From contig JADFXX010000004.1 of the NCBI GenBank assembly GCA_015233335.1, positions 15,237 to 79,236 on the forward strand: 64,000 nucleotides of DNA. The letters run 5' to 3'. Numbering within the stretch: position 1 is the first letter of the stretch; every line of letters starts with the position of its first letter. Under the pieces are notes generated by a model, which was not told where the DNA came from, did no database searches, and saw only the letters and a program-made list of their open reading frames with translations. Both the position numbers and the translations under genes were made by a program. Shown one piece after another: positions 37,298 through 47,915 of this stretch. This stretch comes from Candidatus Omnitrophota bacterium. Lineage in GTDB: Bacteria > Omnitrophota > Gorgyraeia > Zapsychrales > Fredricksoniimonadaceae.

Positions 37298-37729
37298 TTA
37301 TACTCTGCGTTTCTTGCGTGAACGGCAACCATTATGCGGGATTGGCGTCACGTCTTTGATCGAAGTCACATGAAGACCCGCTGCCACCAGAGCACGGATA
37401 GCCGACTCACGGCCTGAGCCCGGCCCCTTGACTAGAACATCAACGCTCATTAAACCCAATTCCTTGGCGCGTCTGGCCGCGTCAGTCGCTGCTATCTGGG
37501 CGGCAAAAGGCGTTGATTTCTTGGAACCATGAAATCCCACCAGGCCCGGAGAACCCCAACTGATGGTATTTCCCTGTTTATCGGCGATCGTCACAATCGT
37601 GTTATTAAAAGACGCTTGGATCGTAGCTATCCCGGATGTGACCCCTTTAAGAGATTTCTTTTTTGTTTTGACGGTCTTTTTCGCGGCTTGCGATTGCGGA
37701 TCTTGCTTTTGTTCTTGTTTATTAGCCAT
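37298..37729 (-). CDS. rpsK: 30S ribosomal protein S11
   Basis: 143 aa. ...[22 protein letters not shown]... C-terminal [20 protein letters not shown]. Confidence 0.95.
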   Translation of the reverse strand: MANKQEQKQDPQSQAAKKTVKTKKKSLKGVTSGIATIQASFNNTIVTIADKQGNTISWGSPGLVGFHGSKKSTPFAAQIAATDAARRAKELGLMSVDVLVKGPGSGRESAIRALVAAGLHVTSIKDVTPIPHNGCRSRKKRRV

Positions 37730-37753
37730 AAATTTTATCCCGATTTCCTTAGA

Positions 37754-38149
37754 TTATGCTTTTTTAGCTGGCGCTGCTTCCTTTTTGATGATATGTCCGA
37801 CGACGGGCTTTTTACCTTTGCGGGTACGCGCATTGGTCTTGGTCCTCTGCCCCCTGACCGGCAACCCCTTGCGATGACGGATACCGCGGTAAGTCCCGAT
37901 TTCCATATGACGACGCACATTCTCATTGATCTCTCGGCGCAGGTCACCTTCAGTGACGTAATTTTTTTGAACCAAACTGGTAATGCGGGAAATTTCTTCT
38001 TCCGTTAAATCTTTGGCGCGCTTGTCCCCGCTGATTTGCGCCTGCAACAAGATTTGGCGAGTTCGAGTCGGGCCGATGCCGTAAATATAAGGAAGTGCGG
38101 CCTCAATTCTTTTCTCTTTGGGAAGATCAATACCTAAAATTCTTGGCAT
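37754..38149 (-). CDS. rpsM: 30S ribosomal protein S13
   Basis: 131 aa. [26 protein letters not shown]... Confidence 0.95.
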   Translation of the reverse strand: MPRILGIDLPKEKRIEAALPYIYGIGPTRTRQILLQAQISGDKRAKDLTEEEISRITSLVQKNYVTEGDLRREINENVRRHMEIGTYRGIRHRKGLPVRGQRTKTNARTRKGKKPVVGHIIKKEAAPAKKA

Positions 38150-38154
38150 CTGAC

Positions 38155-38268
38155 TTATCCTTGTCTTTGTTTGTGCTTAGGATTAGTGCATATGACCCGC
38201 ACAACCCTATTGCGACGGACGATTTTACAATTACCGCAGATTCTTTTAACTGATGATTTTACCTTCAT
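38155..38268 (-). CDS. rpmJ: 50S ribosomal protein L36
   Basis: Below the ORF-track size cutoff. Manual translation gives [37 protein letters not shown] with a TAA stop at 38155-38157. Confidence 0.9.
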   Translation of the reverse strand: MKVKSSVKRICGNCKIVRRNRVVRVICTNPKHKQRQG

Positions 38269-38299
38269 AGTCCAACCTCTGCTCCCTTAGAATAGCGGC

Positions 38300-38518
38300 C
38301 TATTTTAACCTAAATGTAATCCGGCCACGGCTTAAATCGTAAGGCGATAATTCAAGCTTTACTTTATCACCCGGCAAAATCCGGATGAAATTCATCCTGA
38401 TCTTTCCGGACACATGCGCCAATACCTTATGATTATTTTCCAGCATTACCCGAAACATCGCATTCGGCAATGCTTCGACAATGGTCCCTTCAACTTCAAT
38501 CAGGTCTTCTTTGGCCAT
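38300..38518 (-). CDS. infA: Translation initiation factor IF-1
   Basis: 72 aa. [24 protein letters not shown]... Confidence 0.95.
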   Translation of the reverse strand: MAKEDLIEVEGTIVEALPNAMFRVMLENNHKVLAHVSGKIRMNFIRILPGDKVKLELSPYDLSRGRITFRLK

Positions 38519-38525
38519 AAGTTTT

Positions 38526-39284
38526 CTATTGCGTCAATATTTCAGGACCTTTGGATGTAATGGCTATCGTATGTTCAAAATGCGCCGAAGGCTTTCCGTC
38601 TTCAGTCACTACAGTCCAACCATCCGCAAGCGTCCTGGTGCGATGGGTTCCCATATTAACCATCGGTTCAATGGCAAACACCATGCCTTCTGCAAGTACA
38701 GGTCCTTCTGAAGGACGGCCGTAATTGGGGATCTCCGGATCTTCGTGCAATGCCCTGCCTATCCCATGTCCGACAAAATCCCTCACGACGGAAAAACCAT
38801 GCATCTCTACAAAATTCTGCACCGCGAATGAAATATCAGAGAGCCGGCGACCTTCCCTGGCTTGGTCTATGCCGCGATATAAGGACTCCCGGGTCACATC
38901 TAAAAGGCGCCTGATCTCAACCGAAGGCGTCCCTATGGGAACGGTGACCGCCATGTCGGAGTAGTAGCCTTCGTAAATGATCCCGATGTCTATGCTGACG
39001 ATGTCCCCGTTACAAATGACCCGCTTGCCTGGTATACCATGGACAACCCCTTCATTGACCGAAACGCACGCTGCACCGGGGAAACCATGATAACCTTTAA
39101 AGGCTGCAACCACATTATTCTTTTGAATAAGCTCCTGGGCCTTTAAATCAATGTCCTTCGTCGTCATCCCGCTTGTTAAAGAGCTTTGCAACTGTCCTAC
39201 AATCGAGCTAAGAATCTTACCAGCTTTTCTTAAAATGTCAACTTCAATAGGGCTCTTGATCCGGATGCCTTGACTCGACTTCAT
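38526..39284 (-). CDS. map: Type I methionine aminopeptidase
   Basis: 252 aa. Metal-ligand regions (…DIVSIDIG…, …FVGHGIG…, …AIEPM…, …EHT…). Confidence 0.9.
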   Translation of the reverse strand: MKSSQGIRIKSPIEVDILRKAGKILSSIVGQLQSSLTSGMTTKDIDLKAQELIQKNNVVAAFKGYHGFPGAACVSVNEGVVHGIPGKRVICNGDIVSIDIGIIYEGYYSDMAVTVPIGTPSVEIRRLLDVTRESLYRGIDQAREGRRLSDISFAVQNFVEMHGFSVVRDFVGHGIGRALHEDPEIPNYGRPSEGPVLAEGMVFAIEPMVNMGTHRTRTLADGWTVVTEDGKPSAHFEHTIAITSKGPEILTQ

Positions 39285-39925
39285 TTAAGTACGGCGGCCA
39301 CAGCCAGACGAACTTCAGCCGCTTCCACATTAGCATTTAGCTTTTTTAATTTATTCTGTTGAGCGTAATAATCAATAATGGGCGCGGTGGACTTGTTATA
39401 AACTTCCATGCGCGCTTTAATGGTTTTTTCATTGTCATCCGCACGCTGATATATTTCACCGCCGCACACATCACAAATGCCCTCACGGGCCGTAGGTTTA
39501 TAGGTCACATGATATAAGGCCCCGCATTTGCGGCACACCCGACGGCCAGTCATGCGATCCAAAAGAACATTGAAATCGGCTTCCAACGTCAGGACACAAT
39601 CCAGCGGCGCATGCACACGTTCCAATGCCGCATCCAGATCTTGGGCCTGCTTAACCGTGCGCGGAAAACCATCAAACATAAAACCACGCTTCAAATCCAA
39701 ACCATGCTCGATTTTTTGTACGACTAATCGAGTGACCAGCTCATCCGAGACCAAGGCCCCTTTTTCCATCAAACCTTTGATCTCTCGACCTAGGGGAGAA
39801 TCCTTTTTGGTCTCTTCACGCAACATGTCTCCGGTAGAAATATGGGCCAAATGATATTTCTCTTTTAAATGATCCGCTAACGTCCCTTTACCTACACCCG
39901 GAGGTCCTAACAAAACTATTCTCAT
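39281..39925 (-). CDS. adk: Adenylate kinase
   Basis: 214 aa. MRIVLLGPPGVGKGT P-loop and a zinc lid CRKCG...CDVCG. Confidence 0.95.
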   Translation of the reverse strand: MRIVLLGPPGVGKGTLADHLKEKYHLAHISTGDMLREETKKDSPLGREIKGLMEKGALVSDELVTRLVVQKIEHGLDLKRGFMFDGFPRTVKQAQDLDAALERVHAPLDCVLTLEADFNVLLDRMTGRRVCRKCGALYHVTYKPTAREGICDVCGGEIYQRADDNEKTIKARMEVYNKSTAPIIDYYAQQNKLKKLNANVEAAEVRLAVAAVLK

Positions 39926-41280
39926 CGTCTTCCCCTCAAATGTCCTGTTTTCATAAAACCTTCATAATGATGCATCTGCAAATGCGACTCCACCTGCTTC
40001 ATCGTATCAAGCATGACACCAACAGTGATCAAAACGCCCGTACCCCCAAAAAAGGAAGCCACCAGATAAGGCACTTTAAAAGACGCCATAATGGAGTCCG
40101 GCATGACGGCAATAACGCAGATAAACAAAGAACCGACCAAGGTTATTCGGGTCAACACATAATCCAAATAATCTGCGGTTTCTTTGCCCGGCCGTATGCC
40201 CGGGACGAATCCACCGTGCTTTTTTAAATTCTCCGCCACATCCCCGGGATTGAAAACAATGGCCGTATAAAAATAACAGAAGAATACGATCAAACCCGCG
40301 TAAATCACGTAATACCACAAATGCCCGCGCTGGATCCAGGAAGCAAATTGCTGTAATCCGCTATGCGGCAGGAAGGATGAAATTGTCGCCGGAAATAAAA
40401 TAATGGATTGCGCAAAAATGATAGCAATAATGCCGGCGGTATCCACCTTCAAGGGGATAAAAGTTCCTTGCCCCACGGCTGTCGATGTTGTGCCGGCCCG
40501 GCGGGCGTATTGTACCGGAATGCGGCGCTGTCCCTGAGAAATTAAAGTCACTCCGATGATAACCACAATTAGAAAAAATACCATCGAGACAACGGCAATC
40601 GGCTGGAGTTGACCTGCTCCGCTTTTAGGATCCAATAAAAGTGTCAGATAATGATAGGCCGTCGGTGCCCTGGATAAGATACCGGCCGTGATAATCAGAG
40701 AGGTCCCGTTGCCGACACCGCGTTCCTGGATGCGCTCTCCCAGCCACATCAGAAAAACAGTGCCCGCGGTTAAGGTCACCATCGTCGTAAAACGAAAACC
40801 CCAGCCGGGGTTACTGACGATCTCAAGACCGCCGAACGTGGAGGGACTTTCAAGCCAAAGAGCAATAAAAAAAGACTGTATCATCGCAAGCAGTACAGTC
40901 CCGTAGCGGGTGTATTGATTGATCTTCTTATAACCCGCCTGACCTTCCTTGGATATTTTCTCCAACGAAGGAATGACCGCTGTCAAAAGCTGCATGATAA
41001 TGGAGCTGGAAATGTAGGGCATAACCCCCAGTGAAAGCACCGTCATTTTCCCAAGCGCCCCACCGGAGAACATATCCATGATGCCAACCACATTGCCGCC
41101 GCCGTTGGCAGAGCTCATTTTTTGAAAGAACTCATTTAATGCTACCCCGTTAATACCAGGGGTCGGGATAAAACATCCCAAACGATAAACTGCGATGATG
41201 CCTATTGTAAAAAGAATTTTTTGACGTAATTCAGGGACCTTAAAACAGTTCGAAAATCCTTTTAGAAATTGAGAAACCAT
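39922..41280 (-). CDS. secY: Preprotein translocase subunit SecY
   Basis: 452 aa, 10-TM pattern, in the canonical position between rplO and adk. Confidence 0.95.
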   Translation of the reverse strand: MVSQFLKGFSNCFKVPELRQKILFTIGIIAVYRLGCFIPTPGINGVALNEFFQKMSSANGGGNVVGIMDMFSGGALGKMTVLSLGVMPYISSSIIMQLLTAVIPSLEKISKEGQAGYKKINQYTRYGTVLLAMIQSFFIALWLESPSTFGGLEIVSNPGWGFRFTTMVTLTAGTVFLMWLGERIQERGVGNGTSLIITAGILSRAPTAYHYLTLLLDPKSGAGQLQPIAVVSMVFFLIVVIIGVTLISQGQRRIPVQYARRAGTTSTAVGQGTFIPLKVDTAGIIAIIFAQSIILFPATISSFLPHSGLQQFASWIQRGHLWYYVIYAGLIVFFCYFYTAIVFNPGDVAENLKKHGGFVPGIRPGKETADYLDYVLTRITLVGSLFICVIAVMPDSIMASFKVPYLVASFFGGTGVLITVGVMLDTMKQVESHLQMHHYEGFMKTGHLRGRR

Positions 41281-41320
41281 AATGTATTAAAACAATCTTT
41301 CGGCGCTTGGTAGCACATTT

Positions 41321-41764
41321 CTATTCAAGCACAACGGCGTTCCCGCCGGCTTTGGTAATCTTTTCCAGAGCGAGCTTGGAAAAACGATGTGCCTGTACCG
41401 TCAATTTCTTGGATACTTCTCCTACACTCAAAATTTTGATCGGACGCAACAGGGATCTTATTAAATTCTTGGTTTTCAAAAGTTCAGGAGTGATGACCGC
41501 GCCTTCATCGAAAATGTTAAGGTTTTCGCAATTCACCACCTGGTAGCGCTGAGGCCATTTGCTGTTAAAACCGACCTTGGGTAATCGGCGCAGTAATGGC
41601 ATCTGGCCGCCTTCATAAGCCAACAGAACACCGCGGCCCGATCGACAATTTTGACCGGTTTGCCCGCGTCCAGAACGCTTCCCGTGACCGGTACCGCGTC
41701 CGCGTCCGACAATTTTCTTACGTTTTCGGCTGCCTTCAGGCCTTCTCAATTGGTGAACTTGCAT
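41321..41764 (-). CDS. rplO: 50S ribosomal protein L15
   Basis: 147 aa. [34 protein letters not shown]... Confidence 0.95.
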   Translation of the reverse strand: MQVHQLRRPEGSRKRKKIVGRGRGTGHGKRSGRGQTGQNCRSGRGVLLAYEGGQMPLLRRLPKVGFNSKWPQRYQVVNCENLNIFDEGAVITPELLKTKNLIRSLLRPIKILSVGEVSKKLTVQAHRFSKLALEKITKAGGNAVVLE

Positions 41765-42476
41765 GGGAAATCTTCTCTGTTTCTTGGTTTCCAGTTGGAA
41801 GTGGTGAGGCCGTCCGTAATGCCTTTAGACGGGAAAGACCGTCAAAAGTTGCCTTGACCACATTGATAGGATTATTGGAACGGTGACATTTGGTTAAAAT
41901 ATTAGAAATTCCAGCACCATCACAAACCGCGCGTACAGCACCTGAGGCAATGACCCCGGTTCCTTCTGAGGCGGGTTTAAGCAACACGATGGCCGAACCG
42001 CATTGACCTATGATTTCATGAGTGATCGTGGTCCCGCGACGGGCAATAACAATCATTTGCTTTTTGGCAGCGGCTAGACCCTTTTTGATTGCGGTCGCAA
42101 CTTCCCCTGCTTTCCCTAAACCATATCCTGCCTTGCCTTTGCCGTCACCCACAACCACCAGCGCCGAAAATGCAAGCCTCGTCCCCCCCTTGGTCGTTTT
42201 GGACACCCGGTTGATGGAAACCACCTTTTCGATCAAACCGCTATCCGTCAAGGACGATGGTTTTTTAGCGAACGGTTTGCGCTCACCGCCGCGCTTGCGG
42301 CCACCACGGCCTTGGGCTGGGGCTCCGGGTCCGGCTGCGGGTTGACTGGCTGCTGTCGCCTCTACAGCTTCTTCGGGCAACACTGCGCTTTCAGCCTCTT
42401 GAGCTAAAATCTGCTCAGCTTGGGCCGGGGTTTTCACTGCTAATTCTTTTTCATCAATTTTTTTAATGTCTTTCAT
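41736..42476 (-). CDS. rpsE: 30S ribosomal protein S5 (with an N-terminal extension of about 75 aa)
   Basis: The track ORF is trimmed to ATG 42476 ([12 protein letters not shown]...). The conserved core starts at [18 protein letters not shown]. The 3' end overlaps rplO by 29 nt, so there is no room for rpmD. Confidence 0.9.
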   Translation of the reverse strand: MKDIKKIDEKELAVKTPAQAEQILAQEAESAVLPEEAVEATAASQPAAGPGAPAQGRGGRKRGGERKPFAKKPSSLTDSGLIEKVVSINRVSKTTKGGTRLAFSALVVVGDGKGKAGYGLGKAGEVATAIKKGLAAAKKQMIVIARRGTTITHEIIGQCGSAIVLLKPASEGTGVIASGAVRAVCDGAGISNILTKCHRSNNPINVVKATFDGLSRLKALRTASPLPTGNQETEKISHASSPIEKA

Positions 42477-42492
42477 ACTCTCCTTGATATGA

Positions 42493-42855
42493 TTAAAACT
42501 CCAAACCACCGCGCCGTGCGGCTTCGGCAAATGCCTTAACACGCCCGTGATACAAATACCCACCGCGGTCAAAAGCCACCTTCTTAATCCCCTTTTTGAC
42601 AGCCTCAGCCGCTAAAACTTCTCCTAAAATACTTGCGGCGCTGACATTCCCGCCGGATTTTATTTTTGTTTTGACTTCTTTGGCGAGAGTTGATTTTCCC
42701 ACCAGTATTTTACCCGCTGCATCATCGATGATTTGCGCCTGCAGATTATTCAAAGACCTATGCAAGCACAGACGAGGGCGCTCTTGTGTGCCGCTTAAAT
42801 TATCACGGATACGTTGGTGTCGATAAATCCTTTGTTGTTCCTTATCGTTTAGCAT
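42493..42855 (-). CDS. rplR: 50S ribosomal protein L18
   Basis: 120 aa. ...[20 protein letters not shown]... C-terminal [17 protein letters not shown]. Confidence 0.95.
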   Translation of the reverse strand: MLNDKEQQRIYRHQRIRDNLSGTQERPRLCLHRSLNNLQAQIIDDAAGKILVGKSTLAKEVKTKIKSGGNVSAASILGEVLAAEAVKKGIKKVAFDRGGYLYHGRVKAFAEAARRGGLEF

Positions 42856-42901
42856 ATATCCCTATTCTTTATACGACCCTTTTTGAAAAAAACAATCGGA
42901 G

Positions 42902-43441
42902 TTATTTTGTGACTTGTTTCCCTTGCTTGCGTCTGACAACTTCTCCCGAATAACGAATGCCCTTGCCTTTATACGGTTCCGGGGGTTTAAATCCGCGGAT
43001 TTTAGCGGCGACTAACCCGACCAACGATTTGTCAACCCCTTCGACAGAAATCTCTGTCGGCTTGGCCGAAGTCACCTTTACATCTTTGGGGAATTCATAT
43101 TCGACGGGATGAGAAAATCCTATGTTCAATACAAGCTTGGTGCCCTGCACAGCGGCCCTAAATCCCACCCCCTGGATTTCCAGATCTCTTTTATGACCCA
43201 GACTCACACCGGCGCACATGTTCTCGATCAATCGTTTGGTGGTGCCGTGATTCGAACGGGCCTGTTTGCTATCAGCTATTCGGTTGACAAACAACTTATT
43301 GTCCTTTTGCTCTAAAACTACATCTGAAGGAATCGCCATGGACAATTTGCCCTTGGGCCCTTCAACGTTAACTTTGATCTTATCAAAAGAAATTTTAACG
43401 TTTTTGGGTAAATCCACTGGTGTTTTTGCAAGTCTTGACAT
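42902..43441 (-). CDS. rplF: 50S ribosomal protein L6
   Basis: Start trimmed to ATG 43441 (MSRLAKTPVDLPKNVKISF...). Confidence 0.95.
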   Translation of the reverse strand: MSRLAKTPVDLPKNVKISFDKIKVNVEGPKGKLSMAIPSDVVLEQKDNKLFVNRIADSKQARSNHGTTKRLIENMCAGVSLGHKRDLEIQGVGFRAAVQGTKLVLNIGFSHPVEYEFPKDVKVTSAKPTEISVEGVDKSLVGLVAAKIRGFKPPEPYKGKGIRYSGEVVRRKQGKQVTK

Positions 43442-43505
43442 ATCATTCCCTCTAAACAAAGCTAACAGGTCCCGCCGACTAGTCGCCCAACGCGACTTGG
43501 CAGGA

Positions 43506-43901
43506 TTACCAAATATAGCAGAGCACTTCCCCGCCGATTTTTAATTTACGTGCTTCCCGGTCTGAAATCAATCCTTTGGAGCTTGAAATCACCGCCGTCC
43601 CAAGGCCGTTTAGAACTCTGGGAATACGATCATTTTGCGTGTAGACGCGCAAACCCGGACGTGAGATGCGTTTAATCCCTAATATCAACGGTTTATTGTT
43701 TTCGTATTTTAAATAAACTTTGAGGATTCCCTGCTTATTGTCTTTCAATAAACGAAAATCCTCGACATAACCGTCATTCTTGAAAATAGCCATCATGCGC
43801 TCTAGCAGTTTGGAGGCCGGGAATTCAACGGTCTCTTTGCGGGCACCTATGGCGTTACGTAAAATGGTTAATGTGTCAGCGATCGGATCAGAAACAGACA
43901 T
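43506..43901 (-). CDS. rpsH: 30S ribosomal protein S8
   Basis: 131 aa. MSVSDPIADTLTILRNA... Confidence 0.95.
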   Translation of the reverse strand: MSVSDPIADTLTILRNAIGARKETVEFPASKLLERMMAIFKNDGYVEDFRLLKDNKQGILKVYLKYENNKPLILGIKRISRPGLRVYTQNDRIPRVLNGLGTAVISSSKGLISDREARKLKIGGEVLCYIW

Positions 43902-43942
43902 TTTATTTTTCCCTTACTTTTGTTGATTTCGGATTCTTGGCC

Positions 43943-44128
43943 CTACCAGCTGGCTTTTTTGATCCCGGGGATTTCCCCCTTCCATGAAAGCTCCCTAAAA
44001 CAAATACGGCATATACCGAAACGACGCAGATAACCGCGTGGACGGCCGCATAAACCGCAACGGTTATGCTGACGTACTGGGAATTTAGAAACTTCCAAGG
44101 ATTTGTTTATCAATGCTTTTCTGGCCAT
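43943..44128 (-). CDS. rpsN: 30S ribosomal protein S14, zinc-binding type Z
   Basis: 61 aa with [20 protein letters not shown]. Confidence 0.95.
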   Translation of the reverse strand: MARKALINKSLEVSKFPVRQHNRCGLCGRPRGYLRRFGICRICFRELSWKGEIPGIKKASW

Positions 44129-44145
44129 AATTTCCTTAATTTCTT

Positions 44146-44694
44146 TTATTGTTTGCTAAACGGCATCCCTAATAGACGCAGCACTTCAAAATTTTGTTCT
44201 TTATTGCCCCCTTCAAAAACAAAAGAAATATCCATCCCCTGGATACGATGATCACGAACGCCTGCATCGATTTCAGGAAAAATACCCTGATCGGAGATGC
44301 CCAGCGTATAATTGCCGCCACGGTCAAATGCTTTGCGGGATGTCCCGTTAAAGTCGCGAATACGCGGCAGGGACACATTGACCAAGCGGTCTAAAAATTC
44401 ATACATCCGCGCACGGCGCAATGTCACTTTGCAGCCGATCGGCAGGTTTTCCCTTAACTTAAAATTCGAAATAGCCTTCTTGGAGCGGCGAATGGTCGGT
44501 TTTTGTCCCGTGATCGTCGCTAAATTCTCAGCGGCACGGTCTAGGAGCTTGACATCCCCGATCGCCTCCCCCACACCCATGTTGATCACAATTTTAGACA
44601 AATGCGGAACAGCCATGGGATTCTTGATGCCGAATTTCTCCTGCATTTGGGGAATTACTTCTTTACGATATTTTTCTAATAAACGGGCACTCAC
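44146..44694 (-). CDS. rplE: 50S ribosomal protein L5
   Basis: 182 aa. [22 protein letters not shown]... Confidence 0.95.
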   Translation of the reverse strand: MSARLLEKYRKEVIPQMQEKFGIKNPMAVPHLSKIVINMGVGEAIGDVKLLDRAAENLATITGQKPTIRRSKKAISNFKLRENLPIGCKVTLRRARMYEFLDRLVNVSLPRIRDFNGTSRKAFDRGGNYTLGISDQGIFPEIDAGVRDHRIQGMDISFVFEGGNKEQNFEVLRLLGMPFSKQ

Positions 44695-44742
44695 TTTGAC
44701 TTTCCCCCTATTGCTTCATTAGGCGCCAACATGCGCTTGTAG

Positions 44743-45054
44743 TTATATTGTTTCTTGACTGGCGAGAGCTATGCGCTCTTTAGAGCCATCTTTTAAAACC
44801 TTGACGGAAAAACGGGTCGGCTTGCTGGACTTTTTGTCGACCAGCATCAAATTTGCCAACGCTACCGGTTTTTCTAACTCGATATACCCGCCCTGCGGAT
44901 ACGTATCGGATTTTTTAACGGATTTCTTGACCACATTGATATTAGCGATAACCGCTTTACTTTCTTTAGGCAAAACCCGCACAACTTTGCCGGTCTTGCC
45001 CTTATCCTTGCCGGCCATGACCATCACGGTGTCATCTCGACGGATACGCAACAT
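44743..45054 (-). CDS. rplX: 50S ribosomal protein L24
   Basis: 103 aa. MLRIRRDDTVMVMAGKDKGKTGKV (KOW motif). Confidence 0.95.
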   Translation of the reverse strand: MLRIRRDDTVMVMAGKDKGKTGKVVRVLPKESKAVIANINVVKKSVKKSDTYPQGGYIELEKPVALANLMLVDKKSSKPTRFSVKVLKDGSKERIALASQETI

Positions 45055-45055
45055 A

Positions 45056-45424
45056 TTAAACCACCTCTGGGGCTAAAGAAATTATTTTCATATATTCCAT
45101 ATTTCGCAACTCGCGGGCCACAGGCCCAAAAACACGCGTGCCTCTGGGGTTGCCTGCGTCATCAATAATGACTACGGCATTTGTGTCAAAACGCACATAA
45201 GTGCCGTCTGTACGGCGAATGGACTTCTTAGTGCGTACAATGATCCCCTTGGCCATACTGCCTTTTTTAACGACCGCATCCGGCGTACTTTCTTTGACAT
45301 TGACACGAACAATGTCACCGACCTTCGCCCACGCCTTGCCCTTGGCTTTTAAAACACCAATGAGAGAAGCTTTACGGGCACCGGTATTATCTGCTACATC
45401 CAAAATTGTCTTTAATTGAATCAT
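45056..45424 (-). CDS. rplN: 50S ribosomal protein L14
   Basis: Start trimmed to ATG 45424 (MIQLKTILDVADNTGA...). Confidence 0.95.
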   Translation of the reverse strand: MIQLKTILDVADNTGARKASLIGVLKAKGKAWAKVGDIVRVNVKESTPDAVVKKGSMAKGIIVRTKKSIRRTDGTYVRFDTNAVVIIDDAGNPRGTRVFGPVARELRNMEYMKIISLAPEVV

Positions 45425-45434
45425 AGGAGTTCCT

Positions 45435-45701
45435 CTACAAGGTCTTCGATCCGACAATCTCGCTGATAATCCAGCGCTTATCTTTTGACAAAGGCCGTGT
45501 TTCCATTATAAGCACGACATCGCCGACTTTAGCGGCATTCTTCTCATCATGCGCTTTGTATTTCACTAGATTGCGTACTTGCTTTTCATACTTAGAATGC
45601 TTGTGGACTTTACCGACCTGAACCACACGGGTCTTGTCCATTTTATCGCTGACGACCACAGCCGTTAAAAATCTGCGGCGGTTAACTCTTGTTTTGTCCA
45701 T
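45435..45701 (-). CDS. rpsQ: 30S ribosomal protein S17
   Basis: 88 aa. ...[18 protein letters not shown]... Confidence 0.95.
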   Translation of the reverse strand: MDKTRVNRRRFLTAVVVSDKMDKTRVVQVGKVHKHSKYEKQVRNLVKYKAHDEKNAAKVGDVVLIMETRPLSKDKRWIISEIVGSKTL

Positions 45702-45713
45702 GAATTTTCTTCC

Positions 45714-45914
45714 TTATTTTTTATCAGAAATCCGGCGTTCGTTTAAAACTGTTAAAATACGGGCAATATCCCTTCTTAAATTACGGAAACTTGCCGGCTT
45801 CTCTACCCGTCCCATCTGACGGTGCGATTCCATTTCAAAAAGGTCTTTTTTTAACTGTTTTTCTTTGGCCGATAATTCGTCCGGCCCTAAATTTTCCAAA
45901 TCTTTCATTTTCAT
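45714..45914 (-). CDS. rpmC: 50S ribosomal protein L29
   Basis: The track ORF reaches 45929. The likely start is MKMKDLENLGPDELSAKEKQLKKDLFEM. Confidence 0.9.
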   Translation of the reverse strand: MKMKDLENLGPDELSAKEKQLKKDLFEMESHRQMGRVEKPASFRNLRRDIARILTVLNERRISDKK

Positions 45915-45958
45915 AAAATCCCCGATCACTTAGCCGACACTCGATCGGCCCTTACACA

Positions 45959-46378
45959 CTAATGACTGCCTGAACGAATGATGAACTTGGTCCTTACCGA
46001 CAACTTGAACGCGACTAAACGTAATACCTGCTTGGCAAAATCTTGGGGGACACCGCCTAATTCAAAAATAATTTTACCGCGTTTGACCACAGCGACCCAA
46101 TGATCCAAATCCCCCTTGCCTTTTCCCATACGCGTTTCAGCCGGTTTTTTGGTAATCGATTTATGCGGGAAGGCATTAATCCACAATTTGCCGGTACCAC
46201 GTAACTTGCGCGCCACCACCACTCTGGAAGCCTCCAGCTGCCGGGCGGGTATAAACCCGTTTTCAATGGCTTTGAGGCCGTACTCACCAAAATGCATCTG
46301 GGCTCCGGTGGTTGCAACTCCACGGGATTTACCCTTTTGGGTTTTGCGGTATTTGACTCTTTTAGGCATCAATAGCAT
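45959..46378 (-). CDS. rplP: 50S ribosomal protein L16
   Basis: 139 aa. MLLMPKRVKYRKTQKGKSRG... Confidence 0.95.
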   Translation of the reverse strand: MLLMPKRVKYRKTQKGKSRGVATTGAQMHFGEYGLKAIENGFIPARQLEASRVVVARKLRGTGKLWINAFPHKSITKKPAETRMGKGKGDLDHWVAVVKRGKIIFELGGVPQDFAKQVLRLVAFKLSVRTKFIIRSGSH

Positions 46379-46400
46379 ATATCAACCTTTTCTATCCTTA

Positions 46401-46429
46401 AGATTCTTCGCTTCGCTTTGAATGACACG
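46401..46429 (-). repeat. Short G.A-hairpin motif, copy H3 (rpsC-rplP junction)
   Basis: Minus strand reads CGUGUCAUUCAAAGCGAAGCGAAGAAUCU, closely matching H1 at 34907-34932. Confidence 0.5.
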
Positions 46430-46430
46430 T

Positions 46431-47174
46431 TTATGCAACCGATGCTTCTGGCGGCGTTGGCTGCATAACAGCTGCAGGCGCTGTCGCTGTCGCTGCCGCT
46501 GCAGCGGCCACTGCATTAGCTTCAATTTCTTCCTGATCTTTGATCACATCCCCTTTATAAATCCAGACCTTTACACCCAGCAATCCGTAGGTCGTCAACG
46601 CTTCGGCAAAACCATAATCAATGTCCGCACGAAAAGTGTGTAAAGGGACCTTACCCTCATGATATTTCTCGGTACGGGCCATTTCAGCACCGCCTAAGCG
46701 GCCGGCACAACGGATCTTAATGCCCTTGGCTCCGGCGGCACGGGACTGTTCGATGGCGCGTTTCATGGCGCGGCGAAAAGCGACCCGCTTCTGTAATTGA
46801 AAAGCAACCCCCTGAGCTACCAGCTGAGCATCCACATTAGGATTCTTAATTTCCTGAATATCGATGACTATCTTGTCCATGTCTTTATGCGTAATATCTT
46901 TTAGCTCTGCACGCAAACGGTCGATGTCCGCACCGCGACGGCCGATGATAACGCCCGGTCGTGCCGTATGAATGCGTACTTTGATCTGCTCAGCTAAACG
47001 CTCGATTACGATCATGGAAACCGCAGCCTGCTCAAATTTTTCACGAATATATTTACGGATCCTGAAGTCCTGCTTGATATTGTTGGAATAATCACGGCGT
47101 TCTGCAAACCAAAGGCTGCGCCAATTTTTGGTATATCCAAGTCTTAACGCTAAGGGATGAACTTTTTGACCCAC
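46431..47174 (-). CDS. rpsC: 30S ribosomal protein S3 (Ala-rich C-terminal tail)
   Basis: 247 aa. MGQKVHPLALRLGYTKNWRS... Tail sequence is ANAVAAAAAATATAPAAVMQPTPPEASVA. Confidence 0.95.
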   Translation of the reverse strand: MGQKVHPLALRLGYTKNWRSLWFAERRDYSNNIKQDFRIRKYIREKFEQAAVSMIVIERLAEQIKVRIHTARPGVIIGRRGADIDRLRAELKDITHKDMDKIVIDIQEIKNPNVDAQLVAQGVAFQLQKRVAFRRAMKRAIEQSRAAGAKGIKIRCAGRLGGAEMARTEKYHEGKVPLHTFRADIDYGFAEALTTYGLLGVKVWIYKGDVIKDQEEIEANAVAAAAAATATAPAAVMQPTPPEASVA

Positions 47175-47190
47175 AGTGGCATTTCTCCTT

Positions 47191-47529
47191 TTAAGATTTC
47201 GTTTTAATGTCTAAACCTACGGTTAAATGTGTTGTCCGACGTAGAATCGGAGTTGCCCGCCCAAACGATGCCGCCCTAAAACGCTTCCATGCACCGCCAT
47301 GATTGGCGGTGATCGTCTTAATGAATAATTGCTCTTCGCTTAAACCTTTTTGCTTGGCATTGCTCACCGCGGAATCCAATACCTTTTTAACCGCAGCGCT
47401 TGACCCTTTATTAATTTGAGCCAATAAAGCAAAAGAGGTCATCACATCCTTGCCACGAATAGCATCGATCACCTGACGCATTTTCATCGATGAAACTCTT
47501 AAATATTTGGCACGAGCTATTGCTATCAT
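47191..47529 (-). CDS. rplV: 50S ribosomal protein L22
   Basis: 112 aa. MIAIARAKYLRVSSMKMRQVIDAIRG... Confidence 0.95.
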   Translation of the reverse strand: MIAIARAKYLRVSSMKMRQVIDAIRGKDVMTSFALLAQINKGSSAAVKKVLDSAVSNAKQKGLSEEQLFIKTITANHGGAWKRFRAASFGRATPILRRTTHLTVGLDIKTKS

Positions 47530-47578
47530 ATATTTTTCCTGTCCTTTTGAGCGCCTCGAAGAATCTTAATAAACCTAA

Positions 47579-47608
47579 AGATCCTTCGCCAGTCGGCTCA
47601 GGATGACG
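47579..47608 (-). repeat. Short G.A-hairpin motif, copy H4 (rpsS-rplV junction)
   Basis: Minus strand reads CGUCAUCCUGAGCCGACUGGCGAAGGAUCU. Confidence 0.55.
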
Positions 47609-47626
47609 TTCAACATTTGTTGGACG

Positions 47627-47914
47627 TCATTTTTTCTGCATCGCTTTCTTAGCCTTAACACCGCCATGTGCTTTAAATGTACGGGTGGCGACAAAATCCC
47701 CTAATTTCATACCGACCATGTTCTCCGTTACAAATACCGGTATATGCTTACGCCCGTCATGCACGGCAAACGTATAGCCGACGAAATTAGGAATAATCGT
47801 GGAACGGCGCGACCAGGTTTTAATCGGCTGGCGCTGCCCGCTGGCAACGACCCGGTCAAACCTGCGCGTCAATGATTCTTCAACATATGCCCCTTTTTTA
47901 ACAGAACGACCCAT
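47627..47914 (-). CDS. rpsS: 30S ribosomal protein S19
   Basis: Start trimmed to ATG 47914 ([13 protein letters not shown]...), 1 nt after the rplB stop. Confidence 0.95.
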   Translation of the reverse strand: MGRSVKKGAYVEESLTRRFDRVVASGQRQPIKTWSRRSTIIPNFVGYTFAVHDGRKHIPVFVTENMVGMKLGDFVATRTFKAHGGVKAKKAMQKK

Positions 47915-47915
47915 T

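Noticed and set aside
46440-46510. GC-rich quasi-repetitive DNA (gctgcaggcgctgtcgctgtcgctgccgctgcagcggcc); a similar run lies at 63090-63140
   Set aside because: Both lie inside well-supported genes and encode Ala-rich low-complexity segments (the S3 tail and the L7/L12 hinge). They are not independent repeat elements.
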